From Myxococcota bacterium (GTDB taxonomy: Bacteria; Myxococcota_A; UBA796; CAJQPC01), in the NCBI GenBank assembly GCA_036229005.1, contig JAZAMN010000045.1:1-45598 (forward strand): DNA of 45,598 nt. Direction: 5' to 3'. Shown piece by piece: positions 17,455-26,293 of this stretch (its first letter is position 1; every line of letters begins with the position of its first letter). The notes beneath the pieces were generated by a model. It was not told the origin of the DNA, made no database searches, and saw only the letters and a list, made by a program, of their open reading frames with translations. A program made the position numbers and the translations under genes.

Positions 17455-19227
17455 ATGCTTCTGCTCCTTCTGGCCTGCAAGACCCCCGAGCCCGTCCCCT
17501 TCGATCCCCTGGCGGTCTTCCCCAGCAGCGAGCTGGTCTCCGATGGCCACCTGGACATCCCCCAGGACCTGCTCACCGCCGCCGAGACCCCCCTCCCGGT
17601 GGCGCGCCTGGAGCACCGCAGCGGCTTCTCGGTGGTGCAGACCACGGTGTTCGACCTGGGCGTTCAGATCGACCCCAGCTCCCTGCCCGGGCTGGATCAG
17701 GTGGACCAGGCCGGGAGCGTGCAGATCTGGGATCTGACGGTGGGGGAGCGCCTTCCTTGCTGGGCCGAGGTGGATGCCTACCCGCAGGACACGGAGATCC
17801 CCACCCTCCTGGTTCGTCCGGCGGCCCCCCTGCCGGTGGGCCACCAGGTGGCTGTCATCGTGTTGGACTCGGTGCGCACAAGCGAGGACACCCCGGTGCC
17901 GAGCCCCGCATGGTGGACGGCCGCGCAGGCCGGAGAGCCGCTGGAAGGCGCGGACAGTGCGCACTGGGCGGGACTGGCGACCTCGCTTGCGGAGCTGGGT
18001 GTAGAGGGGGTGGTGGCGGCCACGGATTTCCCGGTCGGTGAGGGCACCGCCCCGTTGCGCCACATGGCCGCTTCGACCCAGACCCCGACGGAGTTCTCGC
18101 TCTACAAGGTCTCCGACGTGGACGAGGGCGCGGCGGTGGAGCCGGGGACCTGGCGGCTGATCCAGGGGCACTTCCGGGTGCCGAGCTACCTGAACGAAGA
18201 CGGCGCCTTCACGCTGGACTCGGAGGGGCTGCCCATCGAGCAGGGCAGCTACGACGCGGACCTGATGGTGCTGGTCCCGGAGTCCGCGCGCGCGGGGGCC
18301 GACGCGGTGTGGATCTTCGGGCACGGGATCTTCTCGGGGCCGGGGGACTACCTGGACGTGGAGGGCGACAGCAACGGGGTGATCGCGCTGGCGAACGAGG
18401 CGAGGGCGATCGTGGTGGCGACGCGCTGGCGGGGGCTCACCCGCACAGATCTGCCCTCGGCGGTCGCTGCCGGAAACGACTTCGGGCGCATCGTCGAGGT
18501 CACCGACAAGCTGGCCCAGGGCGTGGCGGACACCCTGGCGCTGGAGCGGCTGATCGTGGACGGCGCGCTCTTTGACGACCCCGCGCTGGCCGGGCTCTGG
18601 GACGGGGAGCACCTGGGCTACTACGGCATCTCGCTGGGGGGCATCCAGGGGGCGACCTTCCTGAGCCTGCAGGAAGACATCGAGTTCGGGGTGCTGCACG
18701 TGGGCGGCTCGGCGTGGTCGACCATGCTGGAGCGCAGCGCGAACTGGACGCTGTTCGAGGAGCTGCTGGTGCCCTCGATCCCCTCGGCGGGCGACCGGCA
18801 GCGGCTCTACGCGGCCAGCCAGCTCTACTGGGACGTGTCCGACCCCGCGGGCTTCACCGCGGAGCTCCAGGGGGTGGACACCCTCTGGCAGGTGGCCCTG
18901 GGCGACGAGCAGGTCCCCAACCGCACGACCTGGCTGCTGGCGCGGGGAGCCGAGATGCCGCAGGTGGGCCCGGCGGTCGAGGAGGTCTGGGGGCTCTCGC
19001 AGATCGAGGCGGGACAGGACAGCCGCGGGGTGGTGATCTTCGACCCCCAGCGCGGGCTGCCCGCCGAGGCCAACCGCCCGGCCGAGGTCACCGGCGCCCA
19101 CACCAGCCCCCGCGTGTGGTCGGGTGCGCGTCTGCAGGCGGCCCGCTACCTGGACCCCAGCGACCCGGGCGTCATCGCGCACTACTGCGGCGAGGACCCC
19201 TGCACCGCGGACAACCCCGGTCCCTGA
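17455..19227 (+). CDS. Lipoprotein with alpha/beta-hydrolase domain
   Basis: MLLLLLAC; IFGHGIF; nucleophile elbow YYGISLGG; GDEQV and a C-terminal His as triad candidates. Confidence 0.75.
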   Translation: MLLLLLACKTPEPVPFDPLAVFPSSELVSDGHLDIPQDLLTAAETPLPVARLEHRSGFSVVQTTVFDLGVQIDPSSLPGLDQVDQAGSVQIWDLTVGERLPCWAEVDAYPQDTEIPTLLVRPAAPLPVGHQVAVIVLDSVRTSEDTPVPSPAWWTAAQAGEPLEGADSAHWAGLATSLAELGVEGVVAATDFPVGEGTAPLRHMAASTQTPTEFSLYKVSDVDEGAAVEPGTWRLIQGHFRVPSYLNEDGAFTLDSEGLPIEQGSYDADLMVLVPESARAGADAVWIFGHGIFSGPGDYLDVEGDSNGVIALANEARAIVVATRWRGLTRTDLPSAVAAGNDFGRIVEVTDKLAQGVADTLALERLIVDGALFDDPALAGLWDGEHLGYYGISLGGIQGATFLSLQEDIEFGVLHVGGSAWSTMLERSANWTLFEELLVPSIPSAGDRQRLYAASQLYWDVSDPAGFTAELQGVDTLWQVALGDEQVPNRTTWLLARGAEMPQVGPAVEEVWGLSQIEAGQDSRGVVIFDPQRGLPAEANRPAEVTGAHTSPRVWSGARLQAARYLDPSDPGVIAHYCGEDPCTADNPGP

Positions 19228-19254
19228 CCCAGCGAACCCAGTGATTCTGGCCCC

Positions 19255-19929
19255 ATGAAGCTGACCCTGCGCTCCCCGCCGCCCGATGTGGAGTCCCTGA
19301 TGCAGCGCGCCCGGCGCCTGGCGGGGCGGGATCTGGCCTGGCTCGCGGCCCGCCTGGACCGCCCCGTTCCCCCCGATCTGCGCCGCCACAAGGGCTGGAT
19401 CGGCGACCGCATCGAGGAGGCCCTGGGCGCCACCGCCGGCAACCAGGCCGACTGCGACTTCCCCCACCTGGGCATCGAGCTCAAGACCCTGCCCGTCGAC
19501 GAGCAGGGCAAGGTGCGCCAGTCCACCTTTGTCTGCAGCGCCCCCTACGACGGCTCCGGCGGCCGCCACTGGGAGGGGAGCTGGGTGCAGAAGAAGCTGG
19601 CCCGCGTGCTCTGGGTGCCCATCGTCGGCACCGGTCCCATCGAGAGCCGGCGCATCGGAACGCCGCTGCTTTGGTCCCCCAATGAGCAGGAAGAAACGCT
19701 GCTCTCCACGGACCATGAGGAGCTCGGGCGCCTGCTGCACAGCGGCGAGATCGACCAGATCTCCGCCCGCCGCGGCCAGGTCCTGCAGCTCCGCCCCAAG
19801 GCGGCCCGCGGCCAGGACACCACCTGGATGCTCACCGACGAGGGCGAGTGGGCCCGCGCCCAGCCCAAGGCCTGGTACCTGCGCTCGCGGTTCACGCAGG
19901 AGATCTTGGCGCGGAGCTTTCTGGTGTGA
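19255..19929 (+). CDS. mutH: DNA mismatch repair endonuclease MutH
   Basis: KGWIG..E.ALGATAG..DF.HLGIELKTLPVD..STFVC, KLARVLWVPI, LWSP, GQVLQLRPKAA, WYLRSRFT, all collinear with MutH. Confidence 0.93.
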   Translation: MKLTLRSPPPDVESLMQRARRLAGRDLAWLAARLDRPVPPDLRRHKGWIGDRIEEALGATAGNQADCDFPHLGIELKTLPVDEQGKVRQSTFVCSAPYDGSGGRHWEGSWVQKKLARVLWVPIVGTGPIESRRIGTPLLWSPNEQEETLLSTDHEELGRLLHSGEIDQISARRGQVLQLRPKAARGQDTTWMLTDEGEWARAQPKAWYLRSRFTQEILARSFLV

Positions 19930-19977
19930 GGGGGATCAGGGGTCAGGTATCGGGTATCGGGGGGGCCGGGTGAGCGG

Positions 19978-20162
19978 GGCATCGGTACCTGAACGCCCGC
20001 CTGGCGGGGGCATCGGCACCTGAACGCCCGCACTTCGGGGGCATCGGCACCTGAACGCCCGTCGGGCGTTGGCATCGGCACCTGAACGCCCGCCCCACCC
20101 CCAGAAATCCGGGCGTTCGACCCCTGATGCCTTCAGAATCCGGGCGTTCGACCCCGGATGCC
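19978..20162. repeat. Converging inverted 31-bp arrays, locus B (4 forward + 2 reverse units)
   Basis: GGCATC-N7-GAACGCCCG at 19978/20009/20040/20071; CGGGCGTTC-N7-GATGCC at 20110/20141. Confidence 0.95.
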
Positions 20163-20180
20163 CGCCAAGCAGGCGCGAGC

Positions 20181-20480
20181 TTACTCCCCATACGCCTCGT
20201 AGCAGACGGAATCGCAGTCCTGGTTCACCATCGCAGCCGGCAGCTCCACCCGCCCCGTCGCCCGCAGGCAGCCCTCCTCCTCCATGCATGCGACCAGGCA
20301 GCCCTGCAGCGGCGCGCCCCACGCCTCGCAGTCGGACTCCAGCGCAGAGCGCTCCACCTCGAGTCCGCAGCCATCGAGCCAGGCCTGCTGCCGCTCAGCG
20401 ACCTCAGCGCAGGACTCACAGGGCACCGCAGACTCTGTGGGCCCACTCGCGCTACATCCGAGCCACAGGACGAACCACAC
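20181..20480 (-). CDS. Small Cys-rich lipoprotein
   Basis: AGGAGG then GTG; MWFVLWLGC lipobox-like; many Cys in 99 aa. Confidence 0.6.
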   Translation of the reverse strand: MWFVLWLGCSASGPTESAVPCESCAEVAERQQAWLDGCGLEVERSALESDCEAWGAPLQGCLVACMEEEGCLRATGRVELPAAMVNQDCDSVCYEAYGE

Positions 20481-20985
20481 GACGCCTCCTCCACAGCAAA
20501 AGGAACGCAGGGAGGAAGAGCGCGCCACCGCCCGCAGGCAGCACCCCACACCCCCCAGACGGCCCCGCGGAGCCCTCCTCCGAGACACACTCTTCGGCGA
20601 GGAACTGCGCCCCAGGCTCGAGCACCGGCGCCACGCAGACCCCGGAGACGTCCCCCCAGGCGACCGCGCCGACCTCGATCCCCTCGCAGCAGGCCGGCCC
20701 GCCCTCCAGCCAGGTGTGCCGCACCCCGACCAGTGCGCCCCCTTGGTCGAAGTGGTGCTCGGTGACCCACTCCACCTGGTCGTTGATCTGCAGGAAGCCC
20801 ACCGCCCCGGCGCTGGAGCACCGCCAGCTCTGGAGACCGCTGGTCGGCAAGGGCCGCTCGTCCCAGCCGCGGCAGTCCTGCACCGCGCAGTCCAGCGCCT
20901 GCACGCAGGCCCCGTCTACCCACTCCCCCTCGACCGGAGGACAGCCGGTGTCGGCCAAGGCAGCGCTCAGCAGGAGCAGGCTCAC
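20452..20985 (-). CDS. Small Cys-rich secreted protein with MYXO-CTERM-like tail
   Basis: MSLLLLSAALA signal; GGCGVLPAGGGALFLPAFLLLWRRRR tail. Confidence 0.65.
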   Translation of the reverse strand: MSLLLLSAALADTGCPPVEGEWVDGACVQALDCAVQDCRGWDERPLPTSGLQSWRCSSAGAVGFLQINDQVEWVTEHHFDQGGALVGVRHTWLEGGPACCEGIEVGAVAWGDVSGVCVAPVLEPGAQFLAEECVSEEGSAGPSGGCGVLPAGGGALFLPAFLLLWRRRRVVRPVARM

Positions 20986-21193
20986 CCTCCCTCCCCGAGC
21001 GGCAGCCCCAGCGCCTCGAAGGCACCGGCCCGCGCGGCCGCAGCCTCGACCATCTCCTCCAGGTTCATCTCAAGCCTCCCAGCGAGCACCCCCTCATCCT
21101 CCACCATCCCCCCCGAGAGACCAAGCCCCACCGTCGGGAATCTTCAAGACAGCCCAAACCCGCGCCAATAGCCTCCCGAAAAAGGAGCCCACC

Positions 21194-21595
21194 ATGCCCA
21201 GTCTGCACGCCGCCGGCCGCTTCGAGACCAGCCACCACCCCCTGCCCGCCCTGCTCGAGGAGCCCGGCGCCACCCTGGGTCTGATGCGCGTGGACAAGGC
21301 CTTCACCGGCGAGCTGGTGGGGAAGAGCTCCGTCTGGATGAGCTACCACCGCAGCAAGACCGACCCCGCCTGCGCCACCTACGTCGCTCTGGAGCGCATT
21401 CAGGCCCGCATCGGCGAGCGCTCCGGCAGCTTTGTCGTCGCCCACCTGGGCCTGCGGGGACCCGGCCTGGAGAGCCTGGAGCTGCCCATCGCGGCGGGCA
21501 GCGGCACTGGGGACCTTGCCGGGATCTCCGGGAGGATGGAGATCGTGGTGTCCGAGGGGGAGCACGCCTACCGCCTGGACGCCCAGCTCCCCTGA
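21194..21595 (+). CDS. DUF3224-like beta-barrel protein
   Basis: AAGGAG RBS; KAFTGELVG.S, YVALERI..GERSGSFVVAH, GSGTGDLAGISG. Confidence 0.85.
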   Translation: MPSLHAAGRFETSHHPLPALLEEPGATLGLMRVDKAFTGELVGKSSVWMSYHRSKTDPACATYVALERIQARIGERSGSFVVAHLGLRGPGLESLELPIAAGSGTGDLAGISGRMEIVVSEGEHAYRLDAQLP

Positions 21596-21603
21596 AGAGA
21601 CAA

Positions 21604-21635
21604 GGGCGCCTGACCCCAAGCGAGGACAGGCGCCC
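21604..21635. terminator. Hairpin between convergent genes
   Basis: GGGCGCCTG..CAGGCGCCC stem. Confidence 0.5.
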
Positions 21636-21684
21636 GTCGACCACCTCAGAGAGGGGCCCTCAGCGAGGGGCCCTCAGAGAGGAC

Positions 21685-22851
21685 TCAGTAGCTCCAGGTC
21701 ATGCAGTGGAAGCGGTCCGTGGTGGGCTGCTCCACGACGTCGATCACCACCGGGCCCAGGTCGGGGTCGAGCTTGACCGTGACCACGTCGGCGACGCCGC
21801 CGCCGGAGGTGCCCGCCGGGCCGATCCAGTACTGGCCGTCCGCGGTCACGTCTCCGCGGACGCTGCCGCGGCCGTTGGTCTCGAAGGTCGTGCCGTCGAT
21901 CCAGGTCTCCAGGGTGCCCAGGAGCTCCATGTCGCCCGTGGCGTAGTCGATCTCCCAGAAGTCACCGGTGTAGTTGGACCAGATGATCCGGTCGTCGGCG
22001 GTGACGCCCATGTGGTGGGTCGCGGAGCGCTCGCCGTCGCCGACGTGCGTCACGGTGCCCGTGGCGGTGTCGATCCAGGTGAAGTTGTCGCCGTCCTCGG
22101 TCCAGCCCACGGCGGTGCCGTCCTGGAGGAAGCCCAGGGAGGGCATGGAGCCGTTGTCCAGCACGACCTCGACCGTGCTGGCGCCCGTGCCGGTGTCGAT
22201 GCTGATCAGGCAGAGGTCACAGCCGCCCACGTCCAGGCCGCTGTCGCCGGTGTAGCCGCGGGTGACGCCATAGAGCTTGCCGTCTGCCGGGTTCACCTGC
22301 AGGCTGCTGATGGCGTGGCCGGTGGAGCCGATCTCCGTGGCCACGCCGCTGATCGCGTCGTAGCTGTAGAGCACGCTGGCGGTCGACTCGTTGCCGTGGG
22401 TCACGGCGTAGAGGATCGCCGCGTCCAGGGTGCCGTCGCAGGCATCGCCCGCGCCGTCGAAGTCGCTGTCGCTCTGGTCGACGTTGGGCTCCTGCGGGCA
22501 GTTGTCCTGCAGGTTCAGCCAGCCGTCGGCGTCCATGTCCTGGGGCAGGCAGGTGATGGTCTCCACCTGGATCTCACCCTCCTGGAGCACGCCGTCACCC
22601 GCGGTCCCGCCGCCAGCGCCGTCGTCCACACCCAGCCAGGTCACCCGGTAGCCCTGGTCACAGCCGTAGCCGGCCTCCAGGTACACCTGGGAGTCACCCA
22701 GAGCGGAGTAGGCGTCGGAGCCGGAGCTGCCGTCGGAGCCGTCCGCACCCGCAGCGCCGTCTGCGCCCGCAGCGCCGTCCGCGCCGTCGGCCCCCGCGGG
22801 GCCCTCACTGCAGCCTGCCAGGAGCAGGCCCATCATCGCGATCGTGATCAT
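21685..22851 (-). CDS. Lipoprotein: collagen-like GAD/GAA run, TSP3-like motif, probable beta-propeller
   Basis: LAGC lipobox; G-X-Y repeats; DNCP..NVDQ.D.DFDG.GDACD; repeated xxD..TG blade ends. Confidence 0.8.
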   Translation of the reverse strand: MITIAMMGLLLAGCSEGPAGADGADGAAGADGAAGADGSDGSSGSDAYSALGDSQVYLEAGYGCDQGYRVTWLGVDDGAGGGTAGDGVLQEGEIQVETITCLPQDMDADGWLNLQDNCPQEPNVDQSDSDFDGAGDACDGTLDAAILYAVTHGNESTASVLYSYDAISGVATEIGSTGHAISSLQVNPADGKLYGVTRGYTGDSGLDVGGCDLCLISIDTGTGASTVEVVLDNGSMPSLGFLQDGTAVGWTEDGDNFTWIDTATGTVTHVGDGERSATHHMGVTADDRIIWSNYTGDFWEIDYATGDMELLGTLETWIDGTTFETNGRGSVRGDVTADGQYWIGPAGTSGGGVADVVTVKLDPDLGPVVIDVVEQPTTDRFHCMTWSY

Positions 22852-22861
22852 GGTCGACTCC

Positions 22862-24052
22862 TCAGTAGGCCCAGGTCATGGCGTGGAAGCTCAGACCTGC
22901 GGTGGGGGTGGCGCGCTCTTCGATCAGGGTGGGGTAGCCGTCCTGGTCCAGGGACACGATGTGGATGTAGGCGTCAGAGTTGCCGTAGGTCACGCCGCTG
23001 CCCACCCAGAAGTGCGCGTCGCCGGAGACGTCACCGCGGGCGCCGTTCTCGTACTCGCCTTCCCAGGCGGTGCCGTCGGTGGTGTACTCCAGCTCACCCA
23101 GGGACCACATGCCCAGCTCGGTGTCGATCTCCCAGAGCTCGCCGCCGCCGTTCATCCAGAAGATGCGGTCGTCATCGGTGGCGCCCATGTGGTGGCCCCA
23201 GGAGTTCTCGTACCAGCCGGTGTAGGTGATCTCGCCGGTGCTGGTGTCGATGCCGATGAACTCGTCGCTGTCCTCGGTCCAGCCCCAGGCGCTGCCGTCG
23301 CTGAGGAAGGTCAGGGAGGGGATCGGGGCCACCTGCAGGTCCGCGACCTTGGTGGCGGCGCCGGTGCTGACGTCCAGGGTGACCAGCGCGCTGTCCCAGC
23401 CGCCGACGTCCATCCCCGAGTCCCAGTCGGAGCCGCGGACGATGGAGTAGAGCTGGCCGTCGGCCGGGTTCATGGCCAGGGTGACCAGGGCGTGGCCGGT
23501 GTCGCCGATCAGCTCGTAGCTGCCGTCCACCACGTTGTAGCGGTACAGGGAGCTGCTGGTGCTGCTGTTGCCCTTGGTGATGGCGTACATGGGGGCGCCG
23601 TCGCTGCTGCTGTCGCAGGCGTCGCCCTCGCCGTCGAAGTCGGCGTCGCCCTGGTCGACGTTGGCGTCCAAGGGGCAGTTGTCCCAGATGTTGTCGAAGC
23701 CGTCCTCGTCCAGGTCGGGGGCCAGGCAGGTCAGGGTCTCGGAGTCGATCTCGCCGTCCTGCAGGACGCCGTCCGCCGCGGTGCCGCCGCCGTCGCCGTT
23801 GTCGACGCCCATGCGGATGACCTGGTAGCCGTAGGCGCAGCCGTAGGCGTCTTCGTAGAAGTCCTTGGAGGCGATCAGGGTCGAAGAGCCGTCCGCGCCG
23901 TCGGAGCCGTCCGCGCCGTCGGAGCCAGCCGCGCCATCGGCACCGGTCGCGCCATCAGCACCGTCCGCGCCGGCGGGGCCCTCACAGGCGGGCAGAGCGA
24001 AGAGAAGGGAAGCAGCGAAAAGGCCTGCGCTCAGGCCGGTCAGGGAACGCAT
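22862..24052 (-). CDS. Tandem paralog of 21685-22851
   Basis: LPAC lipobox, same domain order, shared C-terminus FH.MTW.Y; AAGGAG RBS before ATG 24052. Confidence 0.8.
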   Translation of the reverse strand: MRSLTGLSAGLFAASLLFALPACEGPAGADGADGATGADGAAGSDGADGSDGADGSSTLIASKDFYEDAYGCAYGYQVIRMGVDNGDGGGTAADGVLQDGEIDSETLTCLAPDLDEDGFDNIWDNCPLDANVDQGDADFDGEGDACDSSSDGAPMYAITKGNSSTSSSLYRYNVVDGSYELIGDTGHALVTLAMNPADGQLYSIVRGSDWDSGMDVGGWDSALVTLDVSTGAATKVADLQVAPIPSLTFLSDGSAWGWTEDSDEFIGIDTSTGEITYTGWYENSWGHHMGATDDDRIFWMNGGGELWEIDTELGMWSLGELEYTTDGTAWEGEYENGARGDVSGDAHFWVGSGVTYGNSDAYIHIVSLDQDGYPTLIEERATPTAGLSFHAMTWAY

Positions 24053-24162
24053 GGGGGTCTCCTTGGATGGGTGCCCCTTCATATCCCGGCAGGACGGGGC
24101 TTCGTAGGTGCTTCAGCCCAGCCTTCCGTGCGGTTCAACCCGGCTTTCCGGTGGGCGTGGGA

Positions 24163-25473
24163 TCAGCGTAGGGTCCACTGCCGCCCCCGCCGCAGCACAT
24201 CGGGGGCCTCGTCGCTCTCCCACACGATCACCCGCTCGGCGTGCCAGGCCAGCGCCGGAACCCGCGCCGCGTTGCTGTGCAGGACGGCCCCCTCCGGCGT
24301 GCTCTGCCGCACACTCCGGCCCACCGTCACAAGCTCCGCCCGCGAGGGCGCCTCCGCCAGCCAGAAGCTCCGGGCGTGCAGCCCTGCGCGCGCGCCCGCC
24401 AGCACCAAGCCCGCCAGCACCAGCCCCTGGAGCCAGCGCCTTTCCGCCCAAGGCAGCTCCGCCAGCAGCCACACCCCCGCCAGCCCCAGGCCCTGGACGG
24501 CGTAGATCTGCCAGTAGCGGTGTATCGCCGCGCCCTGCACAAAGAGCCCCACCCACAACAGGCCCAGGAGGGGGAGGACCGCAGCCACCCGCCGCTTGTG
24601 GGCCAACCACCCCACACCCACGGCCCCCACCAAAGTCAGCGGCCACGTGGCGCCAGCGAGGTGCGACTGACCCACCGCGACCCAGGCGGCCCGCCAGCCC
24701 AGGGGCGCGCCGGCCTCATCCAGGACGCCGTGCAGCCCGACGCGGTGCGCGAAGGCGCCCCAGAGCGGCTCCCAGCCCCCCAAGAGCGCGATCCAGGCCA
24801 GCAACAAGGCGGCCATTGCGGCGGTGGCGGCTCCGACACGGATCGCCGCACCTCGCTGGCGGAGGGATGTGTGGAAGAGCGCGAGCAGACCGCCAGCCAG
24901 AGCGGTGGGCCAGTCAACGCAGAAGGCCAGGATCAGCATCCCCACCTCCCCCCAGAGACGCCCGCGCTGGGCGAACACGCAGGCCCAGACCACGGCGGCC
25001 CACAGCAGGGAGCCCTGGGGGTCGGGGAGGCTGCCGTAGATGGCGACCAGGGGGTGGGCGATGGCGCCCAGCGCGACCAGGGCGGGCCAGGGGCGGGGCA
25101 GGTGGGGGCGCGCGAGCAGGAGCACGCCGGCGGTGGCGGCGCCTTGGGCGAGCCAGGGGAACAGGCGCATGGCCAGGGGGCCTTCGCCCAGGAGCTGGGA
25201 GGCCAGCCAGCCCAGCCAGACCACGGCGGGGGGGTGGTCCAGGTAGAGGTCCCGTTCGGGGCGCATGGCGAGCCCGTCGCGGAGGCTCAGGTGGCGCACG
25301 GCCTGGCCGTAGAAGCCGCCGCTCCAGCCCTGGTCGCTCTCGCCGAAGCCCAGGGTGAGCCCCTGACTGCACAGCAGCAGCGCGACGGCCGCGACCACCA
25401 GGGGGCCCAGCCAGTCGGGAAGCCGAGAGGGGGGGGCGGTGTCCAGCGCAAGCTCCGGGGGGTGAGGCCCCAA
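24163..25473 (-). CDS. ArnT/PMT-like (GT-C fold) membrane glycosyltransferase
   Basis: Polytopic; YLDHPP and LAMRLFP motifs. Start uncertain. Confidence 0.7.
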   Translation of the reverse strand: MGPHPPELALDTAPPSRLPDWLGPLVVAAVALLLCSQGLTLGFGESDQGWSGGFYGQAVRHLSLRDGLAMRPERDLYLDHPPAVVWLGWLASQLLGEGPLAMRLFPWLAQGAATAGVLLLARPHLPRPWPALVALGAIAHPLVAIYGSLPDPQGSLLWAAVVWACVFAQRGRLWGEVGMLILAFCVDWPTALAGGLLALFHTSLRQRGAAIRVGAATAAMAALLLAWIALLGGWEPLWGAFAHRVGLHGVLDEAGAPLGWRAAWVAVGQSHLAGATWPLTLVGAVGVGWLAHKRRVAAVLPLLGLLWVGLFVQGAAIHRYWQIYAVQGLGLAGVWLLAELPWAERRWLQGLVLAGLVLAGARAGLHARSFWLAEAPSRAELVTVGRSVRQSTPEGAVLHSNAARVPALAWHAERVIVWESDEAPDVLRRGRQWTLR

Positions 25474-25483
25474 TCATGGCAGC

Positions 25484-26089
25484 TTGCCTGGAGTCCCCGT
25501 GTCCCCGACCCCCGCCGACGTGCGCCGCTTCTGGTTCGGCCAGCCCGACCCCACACGACCTGCGACGGTCGATTCGTCGATGTGGTGGAAGGGAGGGGAT
25601 GCGTTGGATGCGCAGATCGGGGCCCAATTCTCGGGGCTGATGGCCCGCGCCCTGGCGGGCGAGCTCTCGGCATGGCGCTCCACAAGCGAGGACACGCTGG
25701 CGCTGATCCTGCTGCTCGACCAGTTCCCGCGGAACGTGCACCGGGGCACTGCGCAGGCCTTTGCCGGCGACCCTCTGGCCCGGGAGCTGGCGCGCGCGCT
25801 GGACGGGGGACCGGAGGCCTGGGACCTGGACGCGCGCTGCTTTGCGCTGATGCCCTTCGAGCACTCCGAGGATCTGGCCGACCAGGAGCACTCGGTGAAG
25901 CGCTTCGGGGAGCTGGCGGCAGGTGGCGATTCAAAGGCGGCGTACTACCTGGAGTTCGCCGAAAAGCATCGGGACATCGTCGCGCGCTTTGGGCGCTTCC
26001 CCCACCGGAATCGGGTCTTGGGTCGGGTGTCCTCGCTGGCGGAGCGCAGCTTCCTGGAGGATGGGGGGCCGAGCTTTGGGCAGGGGTGA
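25484..26089 (+). CDS. DUF924 family protein
   Basis: FWFG, ILLLDQFPRNVHRGT, MPFEHSEDL, RFGRFPHRN..LGR. Start may be GTG 25499. Confidence 0.92.
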   Translation: MPGVPVSPTPADVRRFWFGQPDPTRPATVDSSMWWKGGDALDAQIGAQFSGLMARALAGELSAWRSTSEDTLALILLLDQFPRNVHRGTAQAFAGDPLARELARALDGGPEAWDLDARCFALMPFEHSEDLADQEHSVKRFGELAAGGDSKAAYYLEFAEKHRDIVARFGRFPHRNRVLGRVSSLAERSFLEDGGPSFGQG

Positions 26090-26096
26090 GCGCCAC

Positions 26097-26263
26097 CGGC
26101 GACCGGGAACCGGCGACGGGCGACCGGCATGACGTCGCCGCAGCTTCGGGCCCGCACCGGGTGCCGGGCCCTCCCCGAGGCGTCTCCCCAAGTCGGCTGC
26201 CACCGCCGCTGGAGCTCAGCCCTGGGTCATCGGCGGTCCCCGGTCTCCGGTCTCCGGTCGCCG
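26097..26263. repeat. Minimal copy of the MITE/REP-like element
   Basis: CGGCGACCGG..CCGGTCGCCG inverted ends; core CGGGCCCTCCCCGAG..CCAAGTCGGCTGCCAC. Confidence 0.8.
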
Positions 26264-26293
26264 CGGGGTGAGCCGTGCAGCTAAGATGGGTGC

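Noticed and set aside
12650..17737. 1695-aa plus-strand ORF (also 8518-11232)
   Set aside because: Antisense shadow of the FG-GAP genes caused by high-GC codon bias.
19255..19929. Sau3AI-like restriction-modification system
   Set aside because: Single-domain size and motifs fit MutH; no adjacent methyltransferase.
20069..21193. N-terminal 375 aa of the 508-aa ORF
   Set aside because: Low-complexity shadow; the real gene starts at 21194 after AAGGAG.
21617..21631. 15-bp match CAAGCGAGGACAGGC to 5526-5540
   Set aside because: Short, with no extended similarity; may be chance in GC-rich DNA.
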